A stretch of 46,730 nucleotides of DNA from a bacterium (GCA_031551405.1 JAVBNQ010000012.1:1-46730); one strand, 5' to 3'. Positions 28,354 through 38,854 are shown, numbered from the stretch's first letter. Numbers and translations: made by a program. Notes: a model not told the origin generated them from the letters alone.

Positions 28354-29000
28354 TTAAGTTTTTCCATTAAATTCTCGACGATTTGTTGGATTGTTCTGTC
28401 AGTTGTGTCGATTTCGATTGCATTTTTAGCTTTTGCAAGTGGCGAATGATGCCTGGTTTCATCCTTGCAATCGCGTTCGAGTATCATTTTTTTTACAGTC
28501 TCAAAATCTACTTTTTGCCCTTTTTGCGTTAATTCCAAAGTCCGCCTTCTGGCTCGTTCATCCAGGCTGGCATTTAAAAAAAATTTTACATCAGCATCCG
28601 GGAAAACAGTTGTTCCGGCATCGCGTCCGTCTAAAATTATGTTGCGATTTTTTGCGATTTCTCGTTGAATATTTGTAATCAAATCACGAACATTTTTTTT
28701 TGTTGCACATTCGCTTGTCAATTTTGAGATTTCTTCGTCGCGAATTTTTTCGGTTAAATCAATCCCGTCCAATTCCAAAATCGCTTTCCCGTCTAACCAT
28801 AAATATTTTACGTTAAAATCCGGCAATTTTTCGAGATTATTTATGTCGAGCTTTTTTTGCTTTATCATCCAAGCAAATGCTCGATACAAAGCTCCTGAAT
28901 CAATATACGTAACCTCGAGCTTTTTTGCTAAAATTTTAGCGACAGTGCTTTTGCCGGATCCAGCAGGTCCGTCGATCGTTATAATTTTATTTTTTATCAT
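28350..29000 (-). CDS. cmk: Cytidylate kinase
   Basis: IDGPAGSGKST, DSGALYR, DGRDAGTTVFP, ERARRR; start set at MIKNK behind GAGGT. Confidence 0.95.
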   Translation of the reverse strand: MIKNKIITIDGPAGSGKSTVAKILAKKLEVTYIDSGALYRAFAWMIKQKKLDINNLEKLPDFNVKYLWLDGKAILELDGIDLTEKIRDEEISKLTSECATKKNVRDLITNIQREIAKNRNIILDGRDAGTTVFPDADVKFFLNASLDERARRRTLELTQKGQKVDFETVKKMILERDCKDETRHHSPLAKAKNAIEIDTTDRTIQQIVENLMEKLK

Positions 29001-29072
29001 AAAAACCTCAAAGATTTTGAAGGAGAAAATAGGCGGGGTTCCCAGATAGAACAAATTAATAAAAGCTGGTTT

Positions 29073-30113
29073 TTATTTGTCTTGTGAAAACGACTTCAAA
29101 AATTTCATTTCTTTTTGCAAATATTTTATCGTCTCGTAAATTTCCGGCAATTTTCTTTTCAGGACGTATAAATGATTCGCTTCCTTGTGCGGCATTGCCG
29201 GGTATCCTGATACAATTTCTTTTGGTTTTACGTTTTTTGTGACTCCGGCCTGAGCTGCTACGGTTGCTTGATTGCCGATTGTCACATGTCCTGTGATTCC
29301 GGCCTGTCCAGCTAACGTTACGTAATCTCCAATCGTCGTACTTCCTGCGATTCCAACTTGAGCACAAATGATACAATGTTTTCCGACCTCTACGTTATGC
29401 GCAATCTGCACCAAATTATCGATCTTTGTCCCTTCGCCGATCACAGTTTTTCCAATTGTCGCTCTGTCTACCGTGCTATTTGCGCCTATTTCAACATTAT
29501 CGTTTATGATGACAGTTCCGATTTGAGGAATTTTCATGTGTACTCCGTTATCGAACAGGAACCCAAAACCGTCGCTGCCGATCACAACGCCTGCGTGTAA
29601 AATCACGTTATTTCCTATAAAAATATCTTCCATAATCGAAACGTTCGAGTAAATTTTGCAATTCGCGCCGATTTTCGAATTTTTGTGTATGACGGTGTTC
29701 GCCATAATTTGAGTTCCATCGCCAATCTCGACGTTTTCATTAATAACAACGCCATCTTCAATACAAACATCTTTTCCAATTTTTGCAGAATCTGAGATGA
29801 AGGCTTTTTGTGAGATTTTTTTAGATTTTGTGTCGTTTTTGTCAACCCATTCTTTTAATAAATTTGCAAAAACGTACGTTGGGTTTTTCACCAAAATCAA
29901 GGTCGTGCTGACTGTTGGGATTTCTTCGTCTATTGGGGCGATTATTATGCTACATTTAGTGTTTTGGAGATAATCTTGATATTTTGAGCTGGTTATGTAC
30001 GATAAACCGTTTTCCTTCGGATCTTTTATGCTGCAAAAATTTTCTGCTTGAGCGGCTTCATTCCCGATAATTTTTCCATCAAATTTTTCTGCTATATATT
30101 TAGCTGTAATCAT
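29073..30113 (-). CDS. lpxD: UDP-3-O-acylglucosamine N-acyltransferase
   Basis: Hexapeptide repeats, [24 protein letters not shown]. Confidence 0.96.
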   Translation of the reverse strand: MITAKYIAEKFDGKIIGNEAAQAENFCSIKDPKENGLSYITSSKYQDYLQNTKCSIIIAPIDEEIPTVSTTLILVKNPTYVFANLLKEWVDKNDTKSKKISQKAFISDSAKIGKDVCIEDGVVINENVEIGDGTQIMANTVIHKNSKIGANCKIYSNVSIMEDIFIGNNVILHAGVVIGSDGFGFLFDNGVHMKIPQIGTVIINDNVEIGANSTVDRATIGKTVIGEGTKIDNLVQIAHNVEVGKHCIICAQVGIAGSTTIGDYVTLAGQAGITGHVTIGNQATVAAQAGVTKNVKPKEIVSGYPAMPHKEANHLYVLKRKLPEIYETIKYLQKEMKFLKSFSQDK

Positions 30114-30128
30114 GAGTTTCCCCTCTCA

Positions 30129-31013
30129 TTAATAATATTTACGTTTGAGATACCACCCGGAAAAAGTGTGCCCAAAATAAATTGCAATCCAGCTGATAAT
30201 TACTCCACAAACAACGTCTGAAATATAATGATACCTATTGTAAACCGTAGAGAAACAAAGCGTGATAATAAGAGGAAAAATGCACCACGATAGTTTTTTA
30301 TAATACTTGTTCAAGATCGCCCAAGCTGAACAAGTCACTGCGACGTGAGAGCTTGGCATGCAGCCGCCGTACATTGAGCCACGAACCATTATATAATTTT
30401 GAATTTTCGTGAACCAATAACCTGTCAAATCGATCGTGTGAAGATAATCGATTTCGTATCTAGGCCCTCTCACCGGGAACACAATAAAGCCTAAATAGCA
30501 AATAAAAAAAGTAATCGTTATCGTCTCTAAATATTCGTTTAGAGCTTTTTCTTTTTTTGAAAAATAAAAATACAAAGCAGGCACAAAAACTATGAAATAA
30601 TAGGAAAAGTAAGAAAATTTGAAGATTTCAGTGACGATTGGAGAGACGATTCTTTGCAATAAAACCGTAAAATGTTCACCAAAAATTTTCATTTCAAATT
30701 CTAAAATATATCCGTCCATCCAATAATCATGAATTAAAAAAGTAAAATTATCGAGTTCTTTGTAAATAAAAGTATAAAATATCACCGGGTACAAAAATCG
30801 GAAAAATAATACGATTTTATTTTTTGATTTTGAGGCATATTTGAGGAAAGAGAATAAAGCGATTACGATAAGGGTATGAATGGCCACGAATAAAAGATAA
30901 GAGTGTAATGATTTGTGGAAAAATAGGAGAACTACTGCCATAAACGAGAAATATCCTAAAAATAACAGATCAATAGGTAGTAAAAAATCATACTTTCTGA
31001 GAAAAATTCGCAT
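30129..31013 (-). CDS. PAP2-superfamily membrane phosphatase/phosphotransferase (AUR1/IPT1-like)
   Basis: Multiple TMs, FPVRGPRY, MPSSHV, RYHYISD. Confidence 0.8.
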   Translation of the reverse strand: MRIFLRKYDFLLPIDLLFLGYFSFMAVVLLFFHKSLHSYLLFVAIHTLIVIALFSFLKYASKSKNKIVLFFRFLYPVIFYTFIYKELDNFTFLIHDYWMDGYILEFEMKIFGEHFTVLLQRIVSPIVTEIFKFSYFSYYFIVFVPALYFYFSKKEKALNEYLETITITFFICYLGFIVFPVRGPRYEIDYLHTIDLTGYWFTKIQNYIMVRGSMYGGCMPSSHVAVTCSAWAILNKYYKKLSWCIFPLIITLCFSTVYNRYHYISDVVCGVIISWIAIYFGHTFSGWYLKRKYY

Positions 31014-31049
31014 AAATTAACTCCCAATTTGTTAAGAATTATTTTAAAT

Positions 31050-32435
31050 TCAGCAAGCGCCTCGGCTAGTTAGAACTGCCGGAATAGTTTTGAGAATTAT
31101 TTCGAGATCCATTGCAAATGTCCAATGTTCCAAGTAATAAATATCTAGCGCGATCATCTCGTCAAAACTTAAGTCGCTTCTGCCGCTGATTTGCCAAATC
31201 CCGGTAATGCCGGGGAAAATTTTGAATCGTTTTTTTGCCAGAGTATCAAAAAATTCAACTTCTTTAGGCAAAGGCGGTCGAGGCCCGACAATACTCATAT
31301 CTCCTCGTAAAACATTATAAAATTGAGGAAATTCGTCTATGCTGAACTTTCGGAGAAATTTTCCAACATATGTGAGCCTAGGGTCTTTTCTCATTTTAAA
31401 AACAGGGCCTTGCCTTTCATTGAAATGTTGCAATTTATCGAGAAACTTATCAGCGTTTGGAATCATCGTTCTGAATTTGTAAAAATCGAAAATCCGTCCT
31501 TTTAAGCCAACACGTTTTTGTTTGTAAAAAATCTGCCCTTTTGAAGTAATTTTAATGAGGAGAGCGATGAAAAGCATGACGAAAAATGAAAGCGACAAAA
31601 CAAAAATGGCAAATAAAACGTCAAAAATACGTTTATTTATGAAATTTCTGTCAAGGAAGGAAACAGGTTTGATTTGAAGAAGAGGGATTCCAAATTCATC
31701 GTCGAATGTAATTTCCCCCATCCTTAGTTCAAGCAAAGTCGGAGAAAATTTTATATTTATGTTTAGTTCGTCGCAAATGTCTGAGATTTCCAGTAAATTT
31801 TGATTTGTTAGATTTGGATTTGTGATTATAACATCAGTAATTTTTTTTGATATCAAAAACTGTTTTAGATTTTTAACATCCGTATTTTCTAGTGGATAAA
31901 AATATGTTTTTGTTGTTTTGTTTTGTTGATTTTTTCTTTTTATGTATTTGCTAACTTTATTTAACCCAATGAGCAATAATTTTTTTTGAAGTACAATTTT
32001 GCTTTTGTAAAATGTCCTTATCGAGCCGGCAAGTAACGTAGCTAGAAATACAAAAATCACGGTCGCAATAGCACAAAAAATTATGAAATAATTTGAAAAT
32101 AAAAAGTCCGGATATATGAAATTTATTATGACAAAAATAATGGTTCCAACTAAAATGTTTCTGCAAATAATCAAAAATTTTTCTAAGAACGTTAGTCTGT
32201 AGTTCGTAAAAAGACCTGATTCAACAAAAAGCGCTCCGAGTAAAAAGAAAACTAAAATAATTTGTTTTGATAAACCAAAGAAATTCAGTTCTTGAATATT
32301 AAAAATGTAATTGGTTTTTTCGAGTTTAAAAAATAAAAAATAGGAGGCTGTAAAAGCAAGTAAGATCGAAAAAAAAGTCAAAAGCATGTTGATAATTACG
32401 TCGACTAATTTTTTTATTTCTTGTTTTCGAATCAT
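31050..32435 (-). CDS. Polyprenyl-phosphate sugar phosphotransferase (WbaP/WcaJ family)
   Basis: N-terminal TMs, KRIFD, KFRTM, DPRLT, SIDEFPQ, GDMSIVGPRP, PGITG; start set at MIRKQ. Confidence 0.92.
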   Translation of the reverse strand: MIRKQEIKKLVDVIINMLLTFFSILLAFTASYFLFFKLEKTNYIFNIQELNFFGLSKQIILVFFLLGALFVESGLFTNYRLTFLEKFLIICRNILVGTIIFVIINFIYPDFLFSNYFIIFCAIATVIFVFLATLLAGSIRTFYKSKIVLQKKLLLIGLNKVSKYIKRKNQQNKTTKTYFYPLENTDVKNLKQFLISKKITDVIITNPNLTNQNLLEISDICDELNINIKFSPTLLELRMGEITFDDEFGIPLLQIKPVSFLDRNFINKRIFDVLFAIFVLSLSFFVMLFIALLIKITSKGQIFYKQKRVGLKGRIFDFYKFRTMIPNADKFLDKLQHFNERQGPVFKMRKDPRLTYVGKFLRKFSIDEFPQFYNVLRGDMSIVGPRPPLPKEVEFFDTLAKKRFKIFPGITGIWQISGRSDLSFDEMIALDIYYLEHWTFAMDLEIILKTIPAVLTSRGAC

Positions 32436-32448
32436 ACCTTCGGTCCTT

Positions 32449-33183
32449 CTAAAATTTTCTGTTCCAAAAGTCGGTATTATACTTTTTTTCAAAAATAAAA
32501 TCTATTTGTTTTAAATCTTGCGGAGAATATTCGTAAGTTTCAAAATTAATTTCAAAGAAATTCGAGATTTCCTCGACTACAGTTGCGCTGAAATTTTTTA
32601 TAAAATCCAACGTTTTTGGCATATTTACAAAATCAGGCAAATTTATCGAGCCTTCGTGAAGTAAAAAATTATTTATTCGTTTTTGTGCGCCGCCGATGAT
32701 TTTTTGATTTGAAAGCATTACGTCTGATTGTACCGGGTTTTCAAAACACGTATAATTGCCTTTTTTCGTATTTTTTTTGTCGAATAATGCTAAATTTTCA
32801 TAATTTTTTGCCAGAGCGTTCAAAAGCAGTAAATTAATCGTATTATAAGAAGAATTTACATTTTTTAAAATTGGGAAAAAACTCGTGTCTGCTACCAAGC
32901 CGAAACAAATATCAAAATCGTGAAAAACTATTCCGCCGCCGGTCGGACGCCTGACAATGTTTTTTTTGTTATTTTCCCAAAAAATCGTTTTATTTTTAAT
33001 GCGTTGAGAAATTCCGATTGAGCAAAATTTGTACTTCCAGCCATAAAATTTTAAAATCATTCCGATTTTTTGTTGATTTTGCGTGGAATTTTGCTCTATT
33101 AACTTGTTGAATAAAAATTCGTCAGTCGCAATATTTTTTGCCGGATCGTCAAGATAATTGTCAATAATAATGAGGTTTTTCAT
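32449..33183 (-). CDS. Lipoate-protein ligase / octanoyltransferase (LplA/LipM family)
   Basis: NIATDE, RRPTGGGIVFH, KIIGGAQKR, HEGS. Confidence 0.85.
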   Translation of the reverse strand: MKNLIIIDNYLDDPAKNIATDEFLFNKLIEQNSTQNQQKIGMILKFYGWKYKFCSIGISQRIKNKTIFWENNKKNIVRRPTGGGIVFHDFDICFGLVADTSFFPILKNVNSSYNTINLLLLNALAKNYENLALFDKKNTKKGNYTCFENPVQSDVMLSNQKIIGGAQKRINNFLLHEGSINLPDFVNMPKTLDFIKNFSATVVEEISNFFEINFETYEYSPQDLKQIDFIFEKKYNTDFWNRKF

Positions 33184-33268
33184 AAGTCGTTTTTTTTAAG
33201 TTTAAAACTGTTGATTATATTGTCTCAACAAGTCTATGTTTATTTCGAGTTGAGATATTTTGCGGAAA

Positions 33269-34219
33269 CTATTCTAGTTCTTTCAAAATTTTTTCAAAAT
33301 CTTCCGTTAAATTTGCTTCTAGTTTTAAATTTTTTTTCGTGATCGGGTGAAAAAATTCGATACTTTTTGAGTGAAGTAAAGTCCTCGTAGCAAGATTTTT
33401 TAGTTTTTTGTTTCCCACACCATAAACTGTGTCTCCTAGGATTGGTAGCCCGACGTGAGCTAAATGTACTCGAATTTGATGTGTTCGTCCTGTTTCAGGG
33501 CTTGCTTCGACTAATGCAAAATTGTTTTTTAGCTCTTTTTTGACGCAAAAATATGTTCTGGCTTCTTTTGCATTGTGCGTGCCCGGGAAAGCTACGGCCA
33601 TTTTTTTCCGATCGAGTGAGCTGCGACTTATGGGGATGTCAATTATTCCTTGAGACACGTTATTATTTTTCAAGCAGATTGCCAGATAAGTTTTTTTTAT
33701 TTTCCGTTTTTCAAATAATTTGGCAAGTTTTTGCAGCATTTCTTCAGTTTTTGCCACCAAAATAATTCCCGAGGTTTCTTTGTCGAGCCTGTGCACAAGC
33801 CCTGGACGAATCCAATCATTAGCGCTTGGATTTGTCGTTCGGATTGGAAGACTTGAAAAATGATTGACTAAAGCATTGACGAGCGTGCCGCTGTAATTCC
33901 CGCAAGCCGGATGAACCACCAGATTTGCAGGTTTGTTTACGGCAATCAAATGCTCGTCTTCAAAAATAATATCCAGCTCTATATTTTCCGGCTCAATTGT
34001 CGTCAGTTTGTCTCGCGTCTCAAAAATTATTTCAATTTTATCGTTTTCTTTCAAAAGATAATTCGCTTTTGCTTCACTTGAATTTACGTAAATTTTGTTA
34101 TTTTTTAAAAGATTTTGGAAATAACTTCGAGAATAATCCGTGTAGTTTTTAGTCAAAAAAATATCTAATCGTATAGGATTTTTTGAATTATAAATAAGAG
34201 TTTGCTTGCTATTTTCCAT
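33269..34219 (-). CDS. rluD: RluA/RluD-family pseudouridine synthase with S4 domain
   Basis: RLDIFL, NKPANLVVHP, VHRLDKETSG, TGRTHQIRVH. Confidence 0.9.
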   Translation of the reverse strand: MENSKQTLIYNSKNPIRLDIFLTKNYTDYSRSYFQNLLKNNKIYVNSSEAKANYLLKENDKIEIIFETRDKLTTIEPENIELDIIFEDEHLIAVNKPANLVVHPACGNYSGTLVNALVNHFSSLPIRTTNPSANDWIRPGLVHRLDKETSGIILVAKTEEMLQKLAKLFEKRKIKKTYLAICLKNNNVSQGIIDIPISRSSLDRKKMAVAFPGTHNAKEARTYFCVKKELKNNFALVEASPETGRTHQIRVHLAHVGLPILGDTVYGVGNKKLKNLATRTLLHSKSIEFFHPITKKNLKLEANLTEDFEKILKELE

Positions 34220-34323
34220 TTGCGAATTTTACTTTTTTAGCTGTTAAATGTAAAGTTTTCGCTAATTTCAAATTTTTTAGACGATAAAAATTTTTTAACT
34301 CTTAAATCATGGAAATTATAATC

Positions 34324-34352
34324 TTGCAACATCTATAGAAAAATTATAAAAT
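34324..34352 (+). promoter_or_regulatory. Putative sigma70 promoter of gmhA-trmB
   Basis: TTGCAA-17-TAAAAT. Confidence 0.5.
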
Positions 34353-34387
34353 TACGCCCTAAAAATTAGACTTGAAGAAGGTAAAAA

Positions 34388-34957
34388 ATGCAAAATATCA
34401 TAAAATCACAAATTTTAGAAACGGCAAACTTACTCGAAAAAGTTGCCACTGATTTTTCGGATTTGATTGAAAAAATTATAATATCCGTCGTAAATTGTTA
34501 TAATGCAGACGGAACTTTGTATTTTTTTGGAAATGGCGGAAGCGCTGCGGATTGTCAGCATTTGGCAGCGGAATTCGTGTGCAGATTTAAAATGAATCGT
34601 CGCGCTTTAAAAGCATTGGCTTTGACGACGGATACTTCGTTTTTGACGGCTTGCGGGAACGACTTTTCGTTTGAACGAATTTTTGAACGTCAAGTCGAAG
34701 CCTTTGTCACGAAAAATGACGTTTGTTTTGGAATTTCGACGAGCGGAAACTCGAAAAACGTTTTTCTAGGACTTGAAAAAGCTAAAAATTTGGGTGCAAA
34801 AACTATCGGCTTTTTGGGCTGTGAAGGCGGAATTATAAAAAAAGTCTCTGATTTAAGTTTAGTTATTCCGACGACAAATACGCCAAAGATTCAAGAATGC
34901 CATATTACAATCGGACATATTATTTGCGACTTAGTCGAGAAAGAATTGTTCAGCTAG
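34388..34957 (+). CDS. gmhA: Phosphoheptose isomerase
   Basis: GNGGSAADCQH, GND, STSGNS, IQECH. Confidence 0.95.
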   Translation: MQNIIKSQILETANLLEKVATDFSDLIEKIIISVVNCYNADGTLYFFGNGGSAADCQHLAAEFVCRFKMNRRALKALALTTDTSFLTACGNDFSFERIFERQVEAFVTKNDVCFGISTSGNSKNVFLGLEKAKNLGAKTIGFLGCEGGIIKKVSDLSLVIPTTNTPKIQECHITIGHIICDLVEKELFS

Positions 34958-34961
34958 AAAA

Positions 34962-35567
34962 ATGCGAGTCAGAACACACGTAAATCCTCTTAGTTATATC
35001 GAGAGAATGCCAAAAATCGATTATTTTGCAACGCTCAAACGACTAGAGTTTTTGGATTTTGAGATTGGCTTTGGGCGAGGCATTTTCCTCAAAAATTATG
35101 CAATTAATAATCCGGCTCGCAATATTATCGGAATTGAGATTCGAAAACCGTTAGTCGAAGAATTGCAAGCGCTCGTCCAAAAAGATGCGCTCGAAAATCT
35201 GTATTTGGTGCACGGAAAAGCTGAGACTTGTCTCGAAGATACGATCGACGACAAAACTCTTGACCGAATTTTTTTGTTCCATCCGGATCCGTGGCTCAAA
35301 CGTAATCATCATAAACGCCGAGTCATTCAACCGAAATTTTTGGAGCTTTTGCAGCAAAAATTGAAAGATAATGGTAAAATTTTTATCTCGACAGATGTCG
35401 AAGAATTGTGGGAAGACATGCAAAATTGCATACTGAAAAATCCGACGACAAATTTTAAAAAAAGCCTTGCAGAAGATTTTTGGCAGAATGAGTATATGAC
35501 AGATTGGGATATTTTTAGCCGACGAACCAATCGTAAAATTTTTTACGGGACATTTGGCTTAGTTTGA
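34962..35567 (+). CDS. trmB: tRNA (guanine-N7)-methyltransferase
   Basis: RTHVNPL, EIGFGRG, GIEIR, PDPWLKRNHHKRR, STD. Confidence 0.92.
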   Translation: MRVRTHVNPLSYIERMPKIDYFATLKRLEFLDFEIGFGRGIFLKNYAINNPARNIIGIEIRKPLVEELQALVQKDALENLYLVHGKAETCLEDTIDDKTLDRIFLFHPDPWLKRNHHKRRVIQPKFLELLQQKLKDNGKIFISTDVEELWEDMQNCILKNPTTNFKKSLAEDFWQNEYMTDWDIFSRRTNRKIFYGTFGLV

Positions 35568-35570
35568 TTT

Positions 35571-35599
35571 TGTAACATTTGTTAGTAAAATTTGTCTAA
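35571..35599 (+). promoter_or_regulatory. Putative ECF sigma-factor promoter upstream of tolC-macA
   Basis: TGTAAC-17 nt-GTCTAA; same motif and spacing as upstream of macB. Confidence 0.6.
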
Positions 35600-35636
35600 T
35601 TTGCACATTCAAAAATTTGATTGCGAGGATAAATTT

Positions 35637-36920
35637 ATGTTCAAAAAATTGAGGATTCCCAAAAAGTTTATTTTGGCGAATTTCGTGATTTTTACGCTTA
35701 CAAGTTTGATTTTTTGTGATGCGGCAAAATTATTGACCTGGGAAGATTGCGTCTCTCTTGCCATCAAAAATAATCCCGATTTGTCCATAGCCAAACAAAA
35801 TCTCGAGATTTCGAGATTAAATTACAATTTATCTTGGAATAATTATTTTCCGTCGTTAAGCTTTAAATACGGTTATTCGAAAACTGATGTGTCCACGAAC
35901 GTTTCAAACGACTGGAGCTTTGGAGCGAGCGCGTCGCAAACTTTGTTCGATTTACAGAAAAATTCAGAAATAAAAATCAAAAAATTGACATTTGAGCGCA
36001 GTTTGATCGAGTCAAATCAGGCTTCTGCTGTAGTTCGTTATTCGCTGAAACTTGCTTTTTTGAGGATGCAATTTATAAGTGAAAATATCGAGCTTTTGAA
36101 AAATATTTGCGATATGAGAGCAAAAAGTTCCGATATAGTTAGGCTTCAATATGAGGGCGGTAAAGAAAGTAAGGGAAATATGCTGCAGGCAATTGCTCAA
36201 AAAAATTCTGCTCAAGTTGACCTAAAAAATGCCGAACGCGATCTTATTTCTGCGAAAAAAGTGCTGCTCGAAAATCTTGGGCTAAGTAACGGCGATTTTT
36301 CTGTGAACGGAAAACTAAAAAAAATTGAAGTTCAGAAATCAAAAAATATAGACGAAGAAGCAAAAAATATCCCGAAAATTTTAAACGAACGGCTCTCGCT
36401 TGAGATTGCAGAATCGCAAGTTTTTTACGAAAAGAGTAATTTTTATCCGAATTTAAAAGCGAGCGGGAATTGGAGTTTGAACGATAATGATCCGTCGCTT
36501 TCGCCAGGCAGAGAATCCTGGAATGTGGGAATTTTTGCGACTTATTCAATCTTTGACGGCGGAATTACAAAACTCAAAAATAATATTTCCATAGCAAAAT
36601 CAAGACTTGAGCTTCAAAAAGAAAACTTGAAAAAAGCAGAATTAAACGCAAAATCTGAATTGCAAAATTTACAAAATGAACTTGAGAAAAATTACGATAA
36701 CGTAGAAATGATAAAATCATTTTTGGAGGCTGCGATTCAAAGGCAAAAAGAGGCAAATATCAAATACCTCGCCGGAAGAATGGAGTTTCAAGTTTGGCAG
36801 GACATCGAACAAAATTTAGTTAATTATCAACTGAGTTACTTATCGGCAATTTACAAATTAAACGCGCTTTTGGCAGAAAAAGAAAATTTGCTCGGGATAA
36901 AATTAGAGGAGAAAATTTAA
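35637..36920 (+). CDS. TolC-family outer membrane efflux protein
   Basis: Signal peptide, LTWEDCVSLAIKNNPDL, two OEP repeats (YFPSL, FYPNL); start set at ATG 35637 behind GAGG. Confidence 0.88.
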   Translation: MFKKLRIPKKFILANFVIFTLTSLIFCDAAKLLTWEDCVSLAIKNNPDLSIAKQNLEISRLNYNLSWNNYFPSLSFKYGYSKTDVSTNVSNDWSFGASASQTLFDLQKNSEIKIKKLTFERSLIESNQASAVVRYSLKLAFLRMQFISENIELLKNICDMRAKSSDIVRLQYEGGKESKGNMLQAIAQKNSAQVDLKNAERDLISAKKVLLENLGLSNGDFSVNGKLKKIEVQKSKNIDEEAKNIPKILNERLSLEIAESQVFYEKSNFYPNLKASGNWSLNDNDPSLSPGRESWNVGIFATYSIFDGGITKLKNNISIAKSRLELQKENLKKAELNAKSELQNLQNELEKNYDNVEMIKSFLEAAIQRQKEANIKYLAGRMEFQVWQDIEQNLVNYQLSYLSAIYKLNALLAEKENLLGIKLEEKI

Positions 36921-37921
36921 TGAAAAAGATTATGATCATATTAACTATCGCCGCACTCGCTTTCGGAGGATTTTGGTTTTTGCGTTCGAAAAAAAATAAA
37001 TCCGTAAAACCCACGTATTCAATAGTAAAAACTGTTCGTGATTCAATAAGCGAAACTGTCGAAACAACAGGTGAAGTTTCGGCCTTGAACCGGGTCGAGA
37101 TCAAGCCTAGCATTTCCGGGCAAGTCGATAAACTTTTGGTTGGAGAAGGCGATTCCGTTAAAAAAGGGCAAATTTTAGCATACTTGAGCTCGACGGATAG
37201 GGTCGCGATTTTGGATGCTGTGAGGGCAAATGACGCAAAAAATCTGAAACAGTGGGAAAATACATACAAAGCCACGCCAGTTGTTTCCCCGATGGACGGA
37301 AAGATTATTTTGCGAAATGTTGTTGAAGGGCAAACTATAAATACGACTGACGTTTTGTTTGCGCTCGCCGATAAATTGATAATTGTCGCTAGTGTCGACG
37401 AGGCTGACATCGGTAAAGTAAAGATTGGGCAAAAAACTTCGGTTAATCTAGATGCTTACCAAAATATTTCAGTCGACGGGAAAATTTTTCAGATTTTGGA
37501 AGAAGGCAAAAATGTTAACAGCGTCATTACTTATTACGTGAAAATTGAGTGCGCAAATCTGCCGGATTTTTTTAAATCTTTGATGACTGCGAACGTAGTG
37601 ATTACGATTAATGAAACGCAGAATGCTGTTATTTTGCCTTGGAATGCAGTGAACGAGGATAAAGACGGAAAATCTTACGTTTTAGTTGGAAATAACGAGG
37701 CGCAGACTAAAAAATATGTTCAGCCCGGGCTTCAAGACGGAGGACAAGTAGAGATCGTATCTGGACTAAACGAAGGCGACGAAGTTTTGGTAAAAAATGA
37801 TTTTTATTCGACTGAACAAAAACAAGCGAAAACTTTTATGGAAATGGGTCGCGCCAGAAAAACAAACAGTGAGATTATTGGAGGAGAAAAAGGAGGAAGA
37901 AAGAAGTCACGTCAAAAGTAA
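36920..37921 (+). CDS. MacA-like periplasmic adaptor (membrane fusion protein)
   Basis: N-terminal anchor, lipoyl halves (VGEGDSVKKGQ, SPMDG), VDEADIGKVKIGQ, VEIVSGLNEGD. Confidence 0.88.
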   Translation: MKKIMIILTIAALAFGGFWFLRSKKNKSVKPTYSIVKTVRDSISETVETTGEVSALNRVEIKPSISGQVDKLLVGEGDSVKKGQILAYLSSTDRVAILDAVRANDAKNLKQWENTYKATPVVSPMDGKIILRNVVEGQTINTTDVLFALADKLIIVASVDEADIGKVKIGQKTSVNLDAYQNISVDGKIFQILEEGKNVNSVITYYVKIECANLPDFFKSLMTANVVITINETQNAVILPWNAVNEDKDGKSYVLVGNNEAQTKKYVQPGLQDGGQVEIVSGLNEGDEVLVKNDFYSTEQKQAKTFMEMGRARKTNSEIIGGEKGGRKKSRQK

Positions 37922-37957
37922 AATAAAAATTTGTTCTAATTTGCAATTTTTTAGATT

Positions 37958-38854
37958 CTACTCAATATTTAACGCCTGCTCTCTGATTTTATCGACGATT
38001 ATTTTACTTTCAATCGAGACCTGTTTTCCTTGAATGAGTGAAATTTTGTCGCCCAAAGTGTTAAATTCGCGCAGCAATTCCTGAGCCAAAAATCCCATTT
38101 TCTTTCCGACTGATTCGTTAGACTCCAAAATTTTTGAAAACTGCTCCAAATGCGTTTCAACCCTCGCAAGTTCTTCCTCAAAATCACCCTTTAAAATCGA
38201 AAAATTTATTTCTTTTTCAATTATTTTTGCTCTGGCTTCAGCTTCAATTTCTGAAATTTCAGTATCGTACGCTTCCGCCAATCTTTTTGAAATTTTCTCT
38301 TTTATCAAATTTTCGTTTTCTTTTTTCAATTTTTTCAAAGCTGCAGCATTAGTCTTAAGTTTTTTTATGTAACTTTTGAATTTTGTTTTTAATTTATTAC
38401 CTTCTTTCTGTCGATTTTCTTTGAATTTTTTGAGCAGTTCTTGCAACAATTCCGTAAAAATTTTCTCATCAATATTTTCTTTTTCCGAGTCGTGAGTGGT
38501 TTTTAGAAGATAAGTTTCGCTAATTTTAAACAAATCTCGCAAAGTGATGTCGTTTTTGATTTTGAGTTTTTTCGCGACTCTCTCAAATTCTTTTTGATAA
38601 ACCGTCAAAACTTTTTCATCGATTTTAAATTCCCCGCCTTCTTTCCTGGCCATTTCATGTTTAATTTCAAGATGAATTTTCCCTCGAGAAATCTCGGTTT
38701 GAAGAATATTTTTCGCAATTTCTTGTAATTCCAAATTTTTCGTGCCTTCGATTTTTATTTCTAAAAATTTGCTGTTCACGCTCATAATTTTTAGAGCGAA
38801 TAGATTATTTCCAATTTTTTTATTCAGGCTTGCAAAACCCGTCATACTGTACAT
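37958..38854 (-). CDS. YicC/YloC-family endoribonuclease
   Basis: SMTGF, SVNSK, EELAR, GKKMGFLAQELLREFNT, IREQALNIE. Confidence 0.9.
   Translation of the reverse strand: MYSMTGFASLNKKIGNNLFALKIMSVNSKFLEIKIEGTKNLELQEIAKNILQTEISRGKIHLEIKHEMARKEGGEFKIDEKVLTVYQKEFERVAKKLKIKNDITLRDLFKISETYLLKTTHDSEKENIDEKIFTELLQELLKKFKENRQKEGNKLKTKFKSYIKKLKTNAAALKKLKKENENLIKEKISKRLAEAYDTEISEIEAEARAKIIEKEINFSILKGDFEEELARVETHLEQFSKILESNESVGKKMGFLAQELLREFNTLGDKISLIQGKQVSIESKIIVDKIREQALNIE

Noticed and set aside
29015-29042. GAAGGAGAAAATAGGCGGGGTT resembling the start of subtype A
   Set aside because: Too short, with no core or hairpin following; may be chance or an unprovable remnant
29056-29376. 106-aa ORF overlapping lpxD, and the many antisense ORFs in macB, uvrA and recG
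   Set aside because: Alternate-frame or antisense shadows of well-supported genes with no recognisable motifs
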